Origin: Azolla caroliniana
Lineage: Eukaryota; Plantae; Polypodiophyta
DNA length: 64,000 nucleotides
Reading direction: 5' to 3'
NCBI GenBank assembly: GCA_043228905.1
Contig: JBHGNT010000010.1
Span: 17,360,001-17,424,000 of the forward strand
Numbering within the stretch: the stretch's first letter is position 1; every line of letters begins with the position of its first letter. This document shows, piece by piece, positions 1 to 13,029 of this stretch. A program made the translations under genes and the position numbers. The notes under the pieces are model-generated. The model was not told where the DNA came from. It saw only the letters and a program-made list of their open reading frames with translations, and made no database searches.

Positions 1-63
1 ACTTGTTAATCCATGAGCCATTGCATGAACAAAGCACTCTTTAAACATTAGTGACAAACTTAC

Positions 64-3000
64 CACTTCCTCTTCCTCTTCCTCCTCCTTGACCCCGACC
101 TCGACCTCTAAATCTTCCTCGTCCTCGTCCCCTGCCTCTCCCTCCTTTTGGTGAAACTCCTGAGAGCCATGAAACAATATAAGAAGATAGAAAGCATGCT
201 AAAACTATGTCAATGAACCTTTACACATCCATTACCTCCATCATTTTCAAATTCTGCCAATGGTTTCACAAGTTCTGTGGGAATAGGTGGCTGGTATCTG
301 CTATCAATCGCTTCGCTATTCAAGCGTTCCATTTATTCATACATCCGATGAAACAACAGAAGGTATAAAAAACCTACCCACTGGAGGTTGTATCCAATTC
401 TTTGATAGAAAGTGTGATAGAGATCATGGACACGTGACGAGTTTGTTCCAACCTGCAATAGAATAGATTTCTCCTAGATAAAAATTCAGAGTATGTGTAA
501 CACAATAATTGTTTATATATTCTGGCACATACGGTAGTAATCCTTCTTCTAATGGCTCCCAGACATCAACTATGTCACTTGATCCAACTACAGTAATCTG
601 ATGAAGCCCTGCAACTCTTCTCTGCCATGAGAAAAACGGTATATATATGAACTTCAGCATCCTGTTGACATCCATAGGGACTACGGATGCATAAATAGCT
701 AAAAATCCGCTGTCTCAAGTATTCAAGTCCATCTAAGTGATACTCTCAATTTTTACCTTGATGATCTCAGCTATTGTCACAGCTTTGTTTATTGCACGGC
801 CCATAGCTTTAAGCACAATCTCTGATGTTCCGTTTTCCTGAGAAATTCCATGATACAATATAATCTATATAAGCTACGTAATAAAATCACTCTTTCAAGT
901 TGAGGTAGATTGCATTGCCTAAAAGAAAGGCAGGTCTTATTTAACAAGGCAAGAAAGCCTATCCCATAGGTAATCACGAAACTTCACAATTTTTATATAG
1001 AAGCTTACCTTAGAATATTATATTATTATATAACATTACTCAACAAAAATAGCTCATATTCAGTATTTTAATTTTGATTTGAATTAAGGTAAACATAAAA
1101 CCAAATATCAATTCATATAAGAAATGTCAAGTACAATGTTCATGGATGATGGAACAGCCATCTTGAAGAGACTAGACAATATGTAAAGTCAGGAAATCTG
1201 AAAGTTTCCCAGTAACATTCCAGTAGAACTTAGAGACAAACTTACCTCAGCTAAAATGGGACTAAATATCTAAGCATAATGCATTGAAATCACACCAAAC
1301 TACTCATTTTTTTGAACCTTTATTCCATCGAACACAAATTGTTACCAAAAGAGCAAAAGAGAAGCCCAGTTTTTAAAAGATCTCCCATCATATGATACAA
1401 GCTACAGATCTTGATTAATTACACCGTCTTCACTGCAAGAATTTTATCCACAGTCAAATTTGTCGCCAAGTATTTGACCTAATTTCTACACACTGTCCTG
1501 ATCTAATCCATAATCGGAGGCATATGCCATGCTAATGTTGGTCAAGAAAAGACTGAAATATGGTCCTCCTGAATCGCCAACACAAACTCTCCTTGCTACT
1601 GACTAAAAATCTAGATTATGGACCAAGAATGAAAAGCAATCTTTGAACAGCTTTTCCAATAAAACTTGATTGGATTCAACATAAGAATTAATGGATGAGA
1701 TTCCGGGGGTATTGAAACAAAATAGATTTCCTTTATTGCAAACTATTTAGTTCCTGAAAAGCCAAGATATTGTGATTCTTATACCTTACATGATGAAAAC
1801 ACAAAAAACCAACTCAGACAAGATGTCATGTTAACAAATGCAACCAGCATTCATGCCAACCAGACTGCATATCCTTCCGCTAGACCAATCCATACAGATA
1901 AAGGGTCTCAGCTGTGGTTCATGCATCTGGTTCTTTAGAAGCAATAGTTTTTTATCCATCTCATAGACACAGAAATTCGAGGTGTCTAGACTGGCAATAG
2001 TTTTCCTTCCCTTGTTTTTATAATATTGTTTTAAGCGATAATTCTGTGTCTTTATGTAAAAGCAATTTCAAAAGTTGCAAAAATGATGCATCCTGTAATC
2101 TGCTCTGAAACAACTGAATCAAACTTTCTGAATGAATATTTTGAGAACACCTATAATATTGTTGGATTCTGGCAATCTATGAGAAGAATCATGTGTACAC
2201 GACGATTAGAATCCCTAACCTAGGAAACAACTAGGAATCCTTTCCAAGAACAGAAAAGAAAGAGGGAAAACAATTACACACACAGATGGCAACACTTGAC
2301 TTAATTTACACATTTCTTTCAGGATAAGTATCTCTAACAGAAAAATATGACGATCAATGGAGACCATACATAGCCTAACCAGATAGTGCCTAAGATTAAG
2401 AAAAGAGTCTCTTGGAAACAGAAGTTAAAAGGATTGAACAAATTTCTGACCAAAATATTTGCAAAATTCTTCCTCTTTCAGGAGAATTCTATGCTAAAAA
2501 TGGGATCATTTTTTTACAACGCAAATAGAAAAAAGAATATAGGGAGAAAATACAAATTTTGGCCTAAATTTTGACGTGATTTGCGACACTCTACTTACAG
2601 AAGAATTGTTTGTAAGAAGCCACAAAACAATCCTAATTTTCCACCTTAACCTGTTTTCCATACTCTTCCTTTCAGAAAAAACATTTTGACGTGACTTGCA
2701 GAAGAATTGTTTGACATAAGAAACCACAAAACAATGCTAAATTTCCACCTTAACCTGATTTCCACACTCTTCCTTCAAGAAGAATCATTTGTAAAAATCC
2801 GCAAAAAAAATAAAAAAGGATGATTTTCTCCACTGATAACCAACTTTCCACATTCTTCCGTTATAGAAAAACATCACATTCTAAGGGGAACCGCAACAAG
2901 AAACCAGGACGAATATATATTTTTTGAAAAATCACACGAAACCTCAAGAAGTCGTAAATTCAAGGAAACGGAGGAGGAGGAGGAGGAGGAGGAGGAGGAG

Positions 3001-3136
3001 GTACCTGGAACAAGGAGGTTGCATAGGTGATGTAGTTCCTCATCCTTCCGACGCTAGTGATCCTGACCTCGTTCTGCTCCATGGCTGGAGCAGAAGAGGC
3101 ATCGCGAGGCTTCTCCACCCTCTGGTAACGATCCAT
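64..3136 (-). CDS. ALBA: ALBA (Rpp25-like subfamily) DNA/RNA-binding protein with RGG tail; 3' end lies beyond the left edge of the window
   Basis: Phase-consistent GT-AG exons 3136-3005, 837-757, 621-533, 452-378, 297-236 and 159-64 translate to MDRYQRVEKPRDASSAPAMEQNEVRITSVGRMRNYITYATSLFQ-ENGTSEIVLKAMGRAINKAVTIAEIIK-RRVAGLHQITVVGSSDIVDVWEPLEEGLLP-LEQTRHVSMISITLSIKELDTTSSG-YQPPIPTELVKPLAEFENDG-GVSPKGGRGRGRGRGRFRGRGRG. This closely matches plant Rpp25-type ALBA proteins. Confidence 0.95.
2968..3002. repeat. (GGA)n microsatellite at the start of ALBA intron 1
   Basis: Directly visible GGA run. Confidence 0.9.
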
Positions 3137-3145
3137 GGAAATTCT

Positions 3146-3149
<4 letters not shown>

Positions 3150-3201
<52 letters not shown>

Positions 3202-3210
3202 GTCTCTGCC
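3150..3210. repeat. (CT)n/(AG)n microsatellite immediately upstream of the ALBA ATG (GAGA-element-like, 5'UTR/promoter)
   Basis: About 22 CT units followed by CTGTCT variants. Confidence 0.9.
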
Positions 3211-3289
3211 TGTCTTTGTCTGTCTCGTTCCTTCGTCAGTCCGTCTGTCTCTCTTCCTTTTCATACATTAACATACATACTCACTCTCC

Positions 3290-3530
3290 CTTTACTTTTT
3301 TTTTAGTTATTTTTTCTTTCTTTCCTTATTTATTTCTATATGTTATTTATGCTATTTATTTCTATTATTTATTTATGCTATTTATTTATATTATTTACTT
3401 ATTTACTTATTTATTTATGCTATTTACATATTTATTTATATTATTTATTTATTTATTTTATGTTATTTATGTTATTTGTTTATTTATGCTATCTATTTAT
3501 TTTCTACTTGTTTTTTGTTTTTATTTTTTT
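3290..3530. repeat. Degenerate (TTTA)n low-complexity tract
   Basis: A/T-dominated TTTA/TATT repeats; these generate the spurious hydrophobic ORFs 3135-3581 and 3340-3564. Confidence 0.85.
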
Positions 3531-3656
3531 AATCCATGCGTGCATATGTACATATGTATTATGACCATTGTTATTACATAGTAAATACTATTACTACTTT
3601 CCTATTATTTCCAATCAATACCCCTCGGGGTTGGGAGGGGCTAATTTCTAAATGTT

Positions 3657-3734
3657 GGGTTTAGGGTTTAGGATTTAGGGTGGTTTAGAGTTTAGGTTTA
3701 GGGGTTAAGATAGGGTTTAGGGTTTAGCGTTTGG
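3657..3734 (+). repeat. Interstitial telomere-like (TTTAGGG)n degenerate cluster / telo-box cluster
   Basis: gggtttagggtttaggatttagggtggtttagagtttaggtttaggggttaagatagggtttagggtttagcgtttgg, about 10 degenerate units. Confidence 0.8.
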
Positions 3735-4997
3735 TTCTCAATGACTTCTCGCGACTCTCGGTTTTTGCCCAACCAAATCCGGAAGTGGTGCAAGAGCATG
3801 CCCAACATGCACAGACATCATTCACACACGTGCGCCTACATGCAAATCACAACGTCTACCCTTTTGCCCAAAACCATATGGTGGGTCGCATGAATCATGT
3901 GTTGGGACAACATTCATGTTTTGCATCAACTTTTCCTTTGGCCACCTCTACTATGTCTCTATTTGTAATAAACTCTACTACTGACCACATAATCGCGCAT
4001 GACGATTGATACCCCTACCATTATCAGAATTTACACACCATACCCTTTGTCATTCATACGATTTTACCCAACCAACTAATTCATTCCTAGTTGCACCAAC
4101 TCTTGCATGATGTATTTCTTCAGTGTATAAACGATGAACTTAAGTACTAATTGTCGTGCATATTGGAAATGAACTTGTTGATCAATTACCTTGTGATTGT
4201 AAGTGATGTTTGGGTAACTTGGCTTGATTTTATTATAGAGGAAAACATGGACATATGATTTTTCTTTATTTTTGTAAATGACCCTTACTTTTGTTTTTTC
4301 CCACTACACGAGTTTGGACCATATCAATCATATGGACAATTCATTCCCCTTTTTAAAAAGTAGTGTGATCTTTGAGCATCTCCGTGGTTCTTTTCTATCC
4401 TTTAATGGGATTGGCCAAGGAAATAAGGAAAGCTCAAGGGCAATCAAAATTTTTACCGTCTTAATAATGTTGTTATAAAAAAGACTTACCCAAATCCCCA
4501 TTAATGCATTATGAGATTACTGAATTTGCCTCCTCCCCAATACTTTCCTATTTGAAATCCAAAAAACATAATCCCTATTGATTATTTAACTTCTTATCCT
4601 TGAAATAATGCAATAGACCTTCTAACAGAAGTATCGTGATACTACGTGCCATTTCTTTATTACCTTTTAAATATTGAGATATTGTGTGTAACAAGAATCA
4701 TGTGTAGAGTATAACATGATGCATAGTCTTCTTACTCATTTATAGATTGATGGAGAGGTCAAGAACTCATCTAACTCTCAAGAAACGCTCATGATCTATC
4801 GTTATAAAAAAAGAAATCAATGTTCTTCTTGTCAACCTTTAAATGAAACCATTACAACAATGAGAGGAATTGGGGTCATTATCATGATTTACAAGTGCTT
4901 ATAATATGATACAGTAAGGTGGGGGGGGGGGGGGGAGTAGATGATTATGAAAATTAAAATGGGCTTGTGTAGACATATAGGATGCAATATCAACCAA

Positions 4998-6200
4998 ATT
5001 GGAGGTCAAATATGACCTATGGAACCAAAGTGAAACATTTTCTTGTAATGTCTTTGAGTTAGAAAGTGATTCTCAATGTTACAAATGAATGTTTCCAATT
5101 GAGAATGCAACACTAAGAGTGAAGTATGTGTAAGAATAGTTCAAGGTTGAAAGCATTGTTGAAGATGGAGAGATCCTCACGAACTTGTTCAAGGGAGAAC
5201 ACGCAGCATTCAACAAGTCTCAGCCTTGGTGCTTCAAACCCCCTAACACAAGAATGTGCACCAAGGCTAATAAGGGGACAAACTCTAGTATTGTACTTCT
5301 GGGTGAGTGGAGTTTGTAGTTCGGCAACACACAAGTGTATAACAGGACCCCAACCAAGTTGAACAAACCTCTATGTGCATGCTTCAATTAGAAATTTTGA
5401 GATCTATGCTTGTTTGAAAAGTCCCCAAGATCCGAAAGTAATAAACCATTGCCTACAAATGCACATGCCCATACTCATCCACACCGTAGCCACCATCTAC
5501 CTTGACTCCAATCCAAAGTTAGTCTTCAAGAAACATGTGATCCCCTTCATCCTTCTTCTAACATCTGCCCCAAAATCAAAATTAAACCTCATTCAGAGGC
5601 AAAGCCCAACATATATCCACATCCATGACCTCATCACACATATCTTCTTAAATTCCTTGTGCTCAATTCATAAAGCATCTCAACTCTTTTTTTTTTTTAG
5701 TAACACTTTTATTACTAGTGGGAAACCTCAAAGTGAGGTGAAAACCGACAAAGAATAAAGAAAAATATACAAGTGTCGATTAGACACTAAAGAGCTTTAA
5801 AGCACTCAAAGTAAAGGTTGTAAATTTGGAGTGTGATGTCTCTAAGTTGCAGACATCAAATAGAGATTGCCTAAGGGATTTCTTAAAGAAGCTACCTTCA
5901 TGTAATTGGTTTCAATCTAAGACCTTATTATTGCGGGCTGTCCAAATGGTCCAAAGTGCCCAAAATCGTGTTTATTGGAGAAAATAGGCATTGTCAATTA
6001 GCATCTCAACTCTCACCAACTTTATCTTCAAACAAGATTGTTCTCATCATGAGAGTTGCAATATAAATTGTTTTGCAAAGCATTACGTAACATTCACAAC
6101 ATGTTACCTCCATCAAATATTGTGAAAGTGTACATGGCACAATTTCTTATCATGATGATTTTCCGCTACAAAACTTCTCTTACATTACTAATAGATCTAT
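4998..6200 (-). mobile_element. Highly decayed RTEX/RTE-like LINE 3' relic, interrupted by a short L1 insertion
   Basis: 5000-5110 (ggaggtcaaatatgacc...tgattctcaatgtt...aatgaatg) is homologous to 45803-45915 and 15886-15995. The minus-strand peptide RLVECCVFSLEQVRED resembles RLCTLCPKQVRES of the 46 kb copy. The boundary near 6200 is uncertain. Confidence 0.55.
5688..5999 (-). mobile_element. 5'-truncated L1-type LINE insertion (~310 bp) with poly(A) tail and 14-bp TSD
   Basis: TSD agcatctcaactct at 5674-5687 and 6000-6013. The minus strand has AATAAA followed by a poly(A) tail. Peptide FWALWTIWTARNNKV matches the LWxIWxxRN motif typical of the plant L1 ORF2 C-terminal region. Confidence 0.85.
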
Positions 6201-6838
6201 CTACAAAGCATTATGCCAATATTGGGAATGCTCCAAGGGGGGAAGATCCATCGAGTCAAGAAAAAACAAAATTTTATTCAAATGTAAAACTGCAGTTAGA
6301 ATATTACTCTTAATCATCTTGTGAATAATTGGAACTTATTTTGCATTTTCTTTTGCTTGCACAGAAGTTTAACAATGGCAAGTATATAAGAGTATTTGAG
6401 TTCACCATTCACACAGAACATGTAGGGATCATAAGAAGTACTTGAATGTATAAATCAGCCCTATATATTAAATCCAATGAACACAACCCATACAAGCCAA
6501 GGATGAATAAAAATACACCCTTTATTGGCCGGCATAGTTCACCAACTCTAGCTTAATGATCAGCATCTCTGTTGCTTGGATTGGATCTGCTTTATCTTGC
6601 TTTAGAAAAGCATTAACTACAAACAGAACATTTGTACATGTTCATTTTACCAAGGATAAAGATAAAGCAAAGGTAACAAACAAAGGCCCACATATATGGC
6701 ATGCACGCATATGCATACATCTATTATCTACATGTTTATGTGTAATTCCATGTACACAAAAAACCCATCATACCAAAAACGCAACCATTGATATAGATCA
6801 TGCTGAAAGTTGAGAGATGTTCTGCACTCATGATCATG

Positions 6839-9800
6839 TTATGGATGGTGATATTGCAAGATGTAAAGCAATAGGTCATCCAATCCTATCGTAGTTTTTC
6901 CAATGGCCTTTGCTTTGAGATGTGCAAGTAATTTCTCCCCCTGAAAGGATAATTATCCATCATATACTTGTGTGGAATGGTTAATTAACTTATATGAACG
7001 GATGGAACGAACCTGGCCAATATCAGGATTTATCCTTGCAAGGATTAGCATCCTTCGAATGTGGACCACATGCAGTTTACCATTGTTATCAACCATTGGA
7101 GATATCACTTCAAACACTTTCTTCAATAATTGCAACTGTTCGGCAGTTAAATTCTCCTTCCTTTCAACTTGCTGCAAATTGCTCAAATTCATACATATAT
7201 ACAATATTCTCTTTTGTAGAGCTAGCATACTATATATTTTGCAACTTCAAACTACATGGGGTTCTTTCTATAGATTCAAAAACTAACATATGTCGATTGT
7301 CCATTGAAATTCTTGAAAGGGCACCTTACTATTTTCTATGAGGTCCTTTATGTATTCAAAACTCAATACGACACAAAAAACTATTGTCCATGCAAATGAT
7401 TTATAAATCTACAAACTTACAGTCTTGAACAGCACTTTGGACTTTTGATCACCTGTGCTTGTAGTTCTAAGTGCCAATATAACATCAAATATCGTCAAAA
7501 CAGGATTTTGCAACTTCAATTCCACCATCTACAACCAAAAAGTCAATGTCCACCATAAGAACTGGTTTCCTCCATGTTTCATTTTCTTTTAAATAAATCT
7601 AGTTCAATGCTAACCTCAAAAAATAAGTCTTCATTAAAATGCTAACCTCAGGATGGGAAATGGCAGATGCTTCATCGAGAATTCCTTGCGCAAACAAATT
7701 TGGGCAGTATTCAAGGAGTACTTTCCCGAATAGCTTGAGATCGTCGACATCGATTTTGGAATACTGACCACTGTAAGGTTGACTTCTCAACCATTCTCCT
7801 TCAAACTTACGTCCAGCCGAAATCCAATAGAAAGTCCCCCAGCCATCTTGTGAGTCCTTGAAAAATGCACCATGATAGCAATTCCCATTCTCTAACACCT
7901 ATTCACATCACACATGTAAGTACACAATCTGTCTCCCATTCCTTTGGAATCGGAAACGATGAAAGCTTTGATGAGTTTCCTTTTCCTTCCACTTCAGAAT
8001 GCAGATAATGAAAATTGAGAAGATTTTACTCGTAAACCAATGCCATGTCTTCTGCCTCTTAACCAGTCTCCAGAATAGAAAGAGCCGTCCTTATATTTCA
8101 TCCACCCACGTCCCCATCGCTGGTTGTCTCTCAAATCACCTTCATATTCCTGATCAAAGCACAATTTGGGAACATAGATATTTTAGTTTTTTGGGCACTA
8201 CATATCTCTGTTAAACATTCCTTATTGCATACGTATCCTTGATGTGTCAGATGTGCAAATGATGTACACATGCACAAATTGTAATCAAGTTGCAGCTATT
8301 TGTGATAAAAAAGGCGTGCATTTGGATGTCAAATTTCTTTCCAATATGTGTTTCCTTCAAGTGTTCTATTCCTTCAGATTTGGATCTCAAACATAAGAGA
8401 AGTTGAGCACTTCCTCTGAGTAATGTTCTATTCATTTTACTTAAATGATCTCAAATTTCTTGAAAAAAATGTACAAATTACTAAGCAATAAACAAGAAAA
8501 AGGGGGGGATGTTTAAACAAACATACAGAACTTACTAACCAAAAGGAGAGATGTATATGCAAGCAATGCATTGCAAAACAATAACCCACAAGAAAGGGGA
8601 GATGTATATGCAAATGTACAGCATAAGCATATAAATGCACAAGATTTCACTAGCCAAAAACCAACAAGAATAAAGGGGAAATGTCATGATCTTTTGTAAG
8701 TATAGATGTACAAATTTGCAAACCGAAAAACATGACCAATAGGAGGCAATCAATCAATTACTTCCCCATCAATAAATAACTGTATTATATTGCACAAAGC
8801 CATAGGGTAATCCATCAATTGAATCTCCCACTTAATAGAAAAAGTTCAATTTACTAAGCAGAACCAGATCTTTGCTTGTCAAAGATGTACAAGCAAATGT
8901 AGAAACTGACTAGGGAAAAATCCACGAGAAATACTCCTTACATTACCTTGCATTGGTATAAATACAAAGCCTTTCTTTGTAGAAAATGTATATGCCAAAT
9001 GTAAAAATTACTTCCCAAAAAACACGAAGGGACTTTTGATACCTTGTGATTGATATAAAACCAAAGAAATTTCAAAACAGGGAATACCATTACTTCAACA
9101 CTGATATTGAAAACATAGAATTTTTAGGCTGGAAATGTATGTATGTATGTACAGATTTACTATTCTTTTGTTGGAAATGCATGTACAATTTTAGTGAGCA
9201 AAAAACAAGAGAAAAGGAACAATCACATTATTTTTATAAATACAATTACTGACAAAGAAACAAAATGAGGAGAAGCGGTTTCATGATTTTCGGTATATAC
9301 AAAAGTGAAATATTTACACAACAATAACCAATTAAAAAAAGGGGCAACCTCATATTTTATTTGCATATATAGATTTCCTATCCAAAAAAAAAAAACAAAG
9401 AGCCAATTGTATTGATTTACTACCTCTCCATTGACATAGAAGATAGAGCCAGAGCCAGTCTTGCTACCATGGAACCATTGCCCATCATAGAGCAAATGAG
9501 AATCCTTCGAATCTGGGACGGGAATATGATGTTGTCCAAATCCATGGGGCAAACCACCAATCAAATCGCCCACATAGAAACCTCCCGAGCTGCCACCGAT
9601 AATGAAACGGCCACATTCATCTCTAAAGGAAGAAGATGAGGAGAATCCGTGCTGCCCATGCCGATTCCGCTTCGTTTTAGTTCGTGAAGTGCTGGTGGCA
9701 TCCACATGGGCTCTGAGAGCGCTCTGCAGGCGAACGAGGGAGGGGGGTTCGATGTCGAGGTGGAAAGCCGAAGGAGGTTTGGCAATGTCGATGACTCTAC

Positions 9801-9972
9801 TGTTATTACTGCTGTTCTTACTGCTGTTGTTAAGGGCGCGACTTTGTGAAGCATCTTGTACATCGATCTTGGGAGAAGGAGAAGGAGAAGGAGAAGGAGA
9901 GGAAGAAATGAGGAGAGGAGGATTAAGTGGTGTTTCTTTGGTCTCCTCTGCATCCATGGCGTTGGGGCTCAT
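6839..9972 (-). CDS. MORN-repeat protein, MORN3/FAP207-like, ~429 aa, with low-complexity N-terminus and EF-hand-like C-terminal extension
   Basis: Phase-consistent exons 9972-9424, 8149-8030, 7898-7647, 7528-7421, 7171-7013 and 6940-6839. MORN repeats are YVGDLIGGLPHGFG, YDGQWFHGSKTGSG, YEGDLRDNQRWGRG, YSGDWLRGRRHGIG, YHGAFFKDSQDGWG and FEGEWLRSQPYSG. They are followed by ELKLQNPVLTIFDVILALR, similar to the MORN3 C-terminal helix. Confidence 0.85.
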
Positions 9973-10206
9973 TTGAAAGGAGGAGGTGGCATCCTCGCAA
10001 AGAAGAATTCATTCTCTGTCTTTTCTCTTATTATTAATTAAATTGATGAACTCGTGGAGAGGAATCAATTGAATGCAGGAGATTTGAAAAGGAATCGTTG
10101 CCATCTCTCGGATACATACATATTCATTCAGCCCAAAAGGGAGAAAAGAAGGAAAAAATGACATATATAAGTTTATAACCGCTGTTTCTTCTTTACATAT
10201 GTATAA

Positions 10207-10237
<31 letters not shown>

Positions 10238-13029
10238 TAGTCAGAAGTGACGTGTCTATTATGACACAAATCATAAAGAGGGTTGGTGAGGGAATCGCGG
10301 CCACAGATGGTGCAGGTTGCTCAGAGAAGGCGCGTGCGATAAGGACGAAGGCACGAAAAATAAAGCTATGCAGAGGTCGCTCAACCCTGTCGGAGGTCGC
10401 CCAACCGTTGGGTGACCATTTTAAGCAGGTTGCCCAACTGCTTTAAGGTTTATATTGAGTTGGTCACCCAACCAACTCAATAAAAGATGCAGGTTGCCCA
10501 ACCGTTTATTTTTAAAGCGGTTGGGTGACCAGTTTAAGCAAGTTGCCCAACTGCTTTAGGGTTTATATTGAGTTGGTCACCCAACCAACCCAATATAAAG
10601 ATGTAGGTTGCCCAACCGATGACTATAAAAGCCTGTAACCTGTCATTATCTCTCATTTTTTCAAACGAGATTGACATGTTCCTTTTGCCGGGAAAGAGTT
10701 GGGCGTCAGGCGGCCTGCAATCAACATACACAATCTCCTCCATCACGACATACACAACAATCAATCTCCTCCATCACTATTCCCAGGTATGTACTAAACC
10801 CTATCACATCACTTTTTCTATTTTTTTTACATGTGGTAGGAATAGTTGAGGGATTAGGGTTTGGAGTAGTTGAGGGATTACAAGGATAAGTAGGTTGAGT
10901 TGGTCACCCAACCGACTCAATAAAAGATGCAACTCAATAAAAGTTTATTCAATCATCTCTCTTTTTCCACGTTGGGGTGTTTCACAAAGTTCACTTGTAG
11001 ACTGCGTTTCATGGATGAAAGGACATTACAAAGTCTGGCTTCTTTGAGATCTGTTCAGAATACGTAGAGTGGAGCAATGTTGCCTTCATTTTGTCTAAGC
11101 TCCCTCATTATTTTGTGCTTTAGAAGTATATTTATTTAATAAAGCATGCTTTCCTATGAAATGTAACTGTAGTGTATAACATATATTTACTATGAAGTGC
11201 AATAGTAGTGTAGGCAACTTCAATTCGAAATTACATATCACAAAGCAGAATGTGGCATATTGCCATTTCTAGCCTGTTTTGTAAATGTTATAGCATGTTG
11301 CATATATAATAGGGTTGCTTGATGGGGTGGGTAGATGTTGTGAATCATGATTAGTCGAGGCATGGCAACAAATAATCGATTACAAACAAATATCAAATGT
11401 TGGTGTGATTAAGATCACAATTTGTGATATTTTGTGTATAAGATATGGCGAATGAGGTTAGTGAAGTGTGAAGATGGTAGACAAGAGTAATGTAAATGGG
11501 TTTTTCTTGATCAACATAGTAAGGTTCTGATTTTGGCTATGATGATGATTTTTGCTTGTTTTTTGGGATTCAGTTTGCATTGCTAGAAACTTGGGTTATA
11601 GCTGAAATTATAGAAAAATACTAACCATTTTTGGGGGGATTTTGGGTTTCATTCGACATTGTTACAACTTAGACAAATGTTGCAATTCGAATTAATGTTA
11701 AACTATTCATCTTTAGGGACTAGGGCCTCATCCTACATAAACTTAATCATGTAAAAAGCACTCATTTTATAGGACATTGGGATTTGAGTCTCATTCTTGC
11801 TTAATCTAATTATTGCAACACGATAAGTAAGATATAACATATGGGGAGATTTGGAAGTGAGGGATTAGGGTTTCGGGTTTAGGATTTAATGATTTGCTTG
11901 CTTAAACTTAATATTGTGTGTGTTTGAGTATTAAATTCAAAAAATGTTTGATTACTTGAATGGTGGTAGATGGCTTCCAAGTCCAAGTACAAAGATTGGT
12001 GGGATTTCGATAACAGTGACATATATCCTACTCAAGTGAGGTATGTCACAAACCAATCTCCCCTAATACTGGTTTAGGGTTTAATGCATGTATGTTGACT
12101 CGTGATTTGTTAAAGGGTCTTCATTAGAAGACATTGGCGAAGTTCGTCAGCCGACATGTGTACGAGTGGGGACAAAATGGATCAGACACATGCGCCTCAA
12201 ATCGAGCCCATACATGCCATGGCAACATTCGACCAAGATGCTCCTCCAAATGATATGTGGATTTGGTGTCGTTGCAATATGTCAATCTTAAATATGTAAC
12301 ACATACAGAAGGAACAGATGCTCCTCGCCCAGACTCGTTGTATAAGGTTGGAAGAGATGCAAATGGAAACAAGGCCCGTGCGTGTATCTATACTCAGTAT
12401 TGCCGCCTTTCGCCAAGGTGGTATCGCAAAAAAAGTGACATGGAATCACATTTACGTAGGGAACATGGAATAGACATAGTCCTACCACAAGGGATGCGTA
12501 TAGAGGAGGAGGGTATTCCGGGGGCATGCTTTAATAGTTATGAGCGTCAGAGATCACTCAGAAGATTCATGGACCCCGAAATCAATACAACAGAAATCGG
12601 CAAACATATATCCAAAAGTTGAAGGTTAGGGTTGTTTCGAGGTACAACTCTATTCCTGCTTGTGGGGGAGTTCTTGCAAGGATGGATATCTCCGACTTTT
12701 GTAAGTGTAATTGCAATGCCTTATTCATGCGGATTGTGTATAGATGTGTTCTTATACATATTTGGTGACAGGGCACAGAGATATGGTTCACCAAACGCGA
12801 AGTGGATTCACTTCAGATTCATGTGGGCGAGTGGGCACGAAGGGTACTAGGATTTGCACCTACGACCGGTGGCTCCATATTGTAAATTTTGTGAATGTTG
12901 TTTTCAACACAGATTTTGCTATAGAGCTGATGTTGTAACTATATTTTGGAATCCACACAAATTTTGTATAGCGAAAATCGACTCATTGTATATCGCGATT
13001 ACTTATTAATGGAAATGTTGTTTACAACA

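Noticed and set aside
2924-3581. ORFs with poly-Arg, (SL)n, (RE)n and Phe/Ile/Tyr-rich membrane-like peptides
   Set aside because: Translations of GGA, CT and TTTA simple repeats
9412-10041. Plus-strand ORFs overlapping MORN exon 1
   Set aside because: Antisense shadows of a GC-richer coding exon
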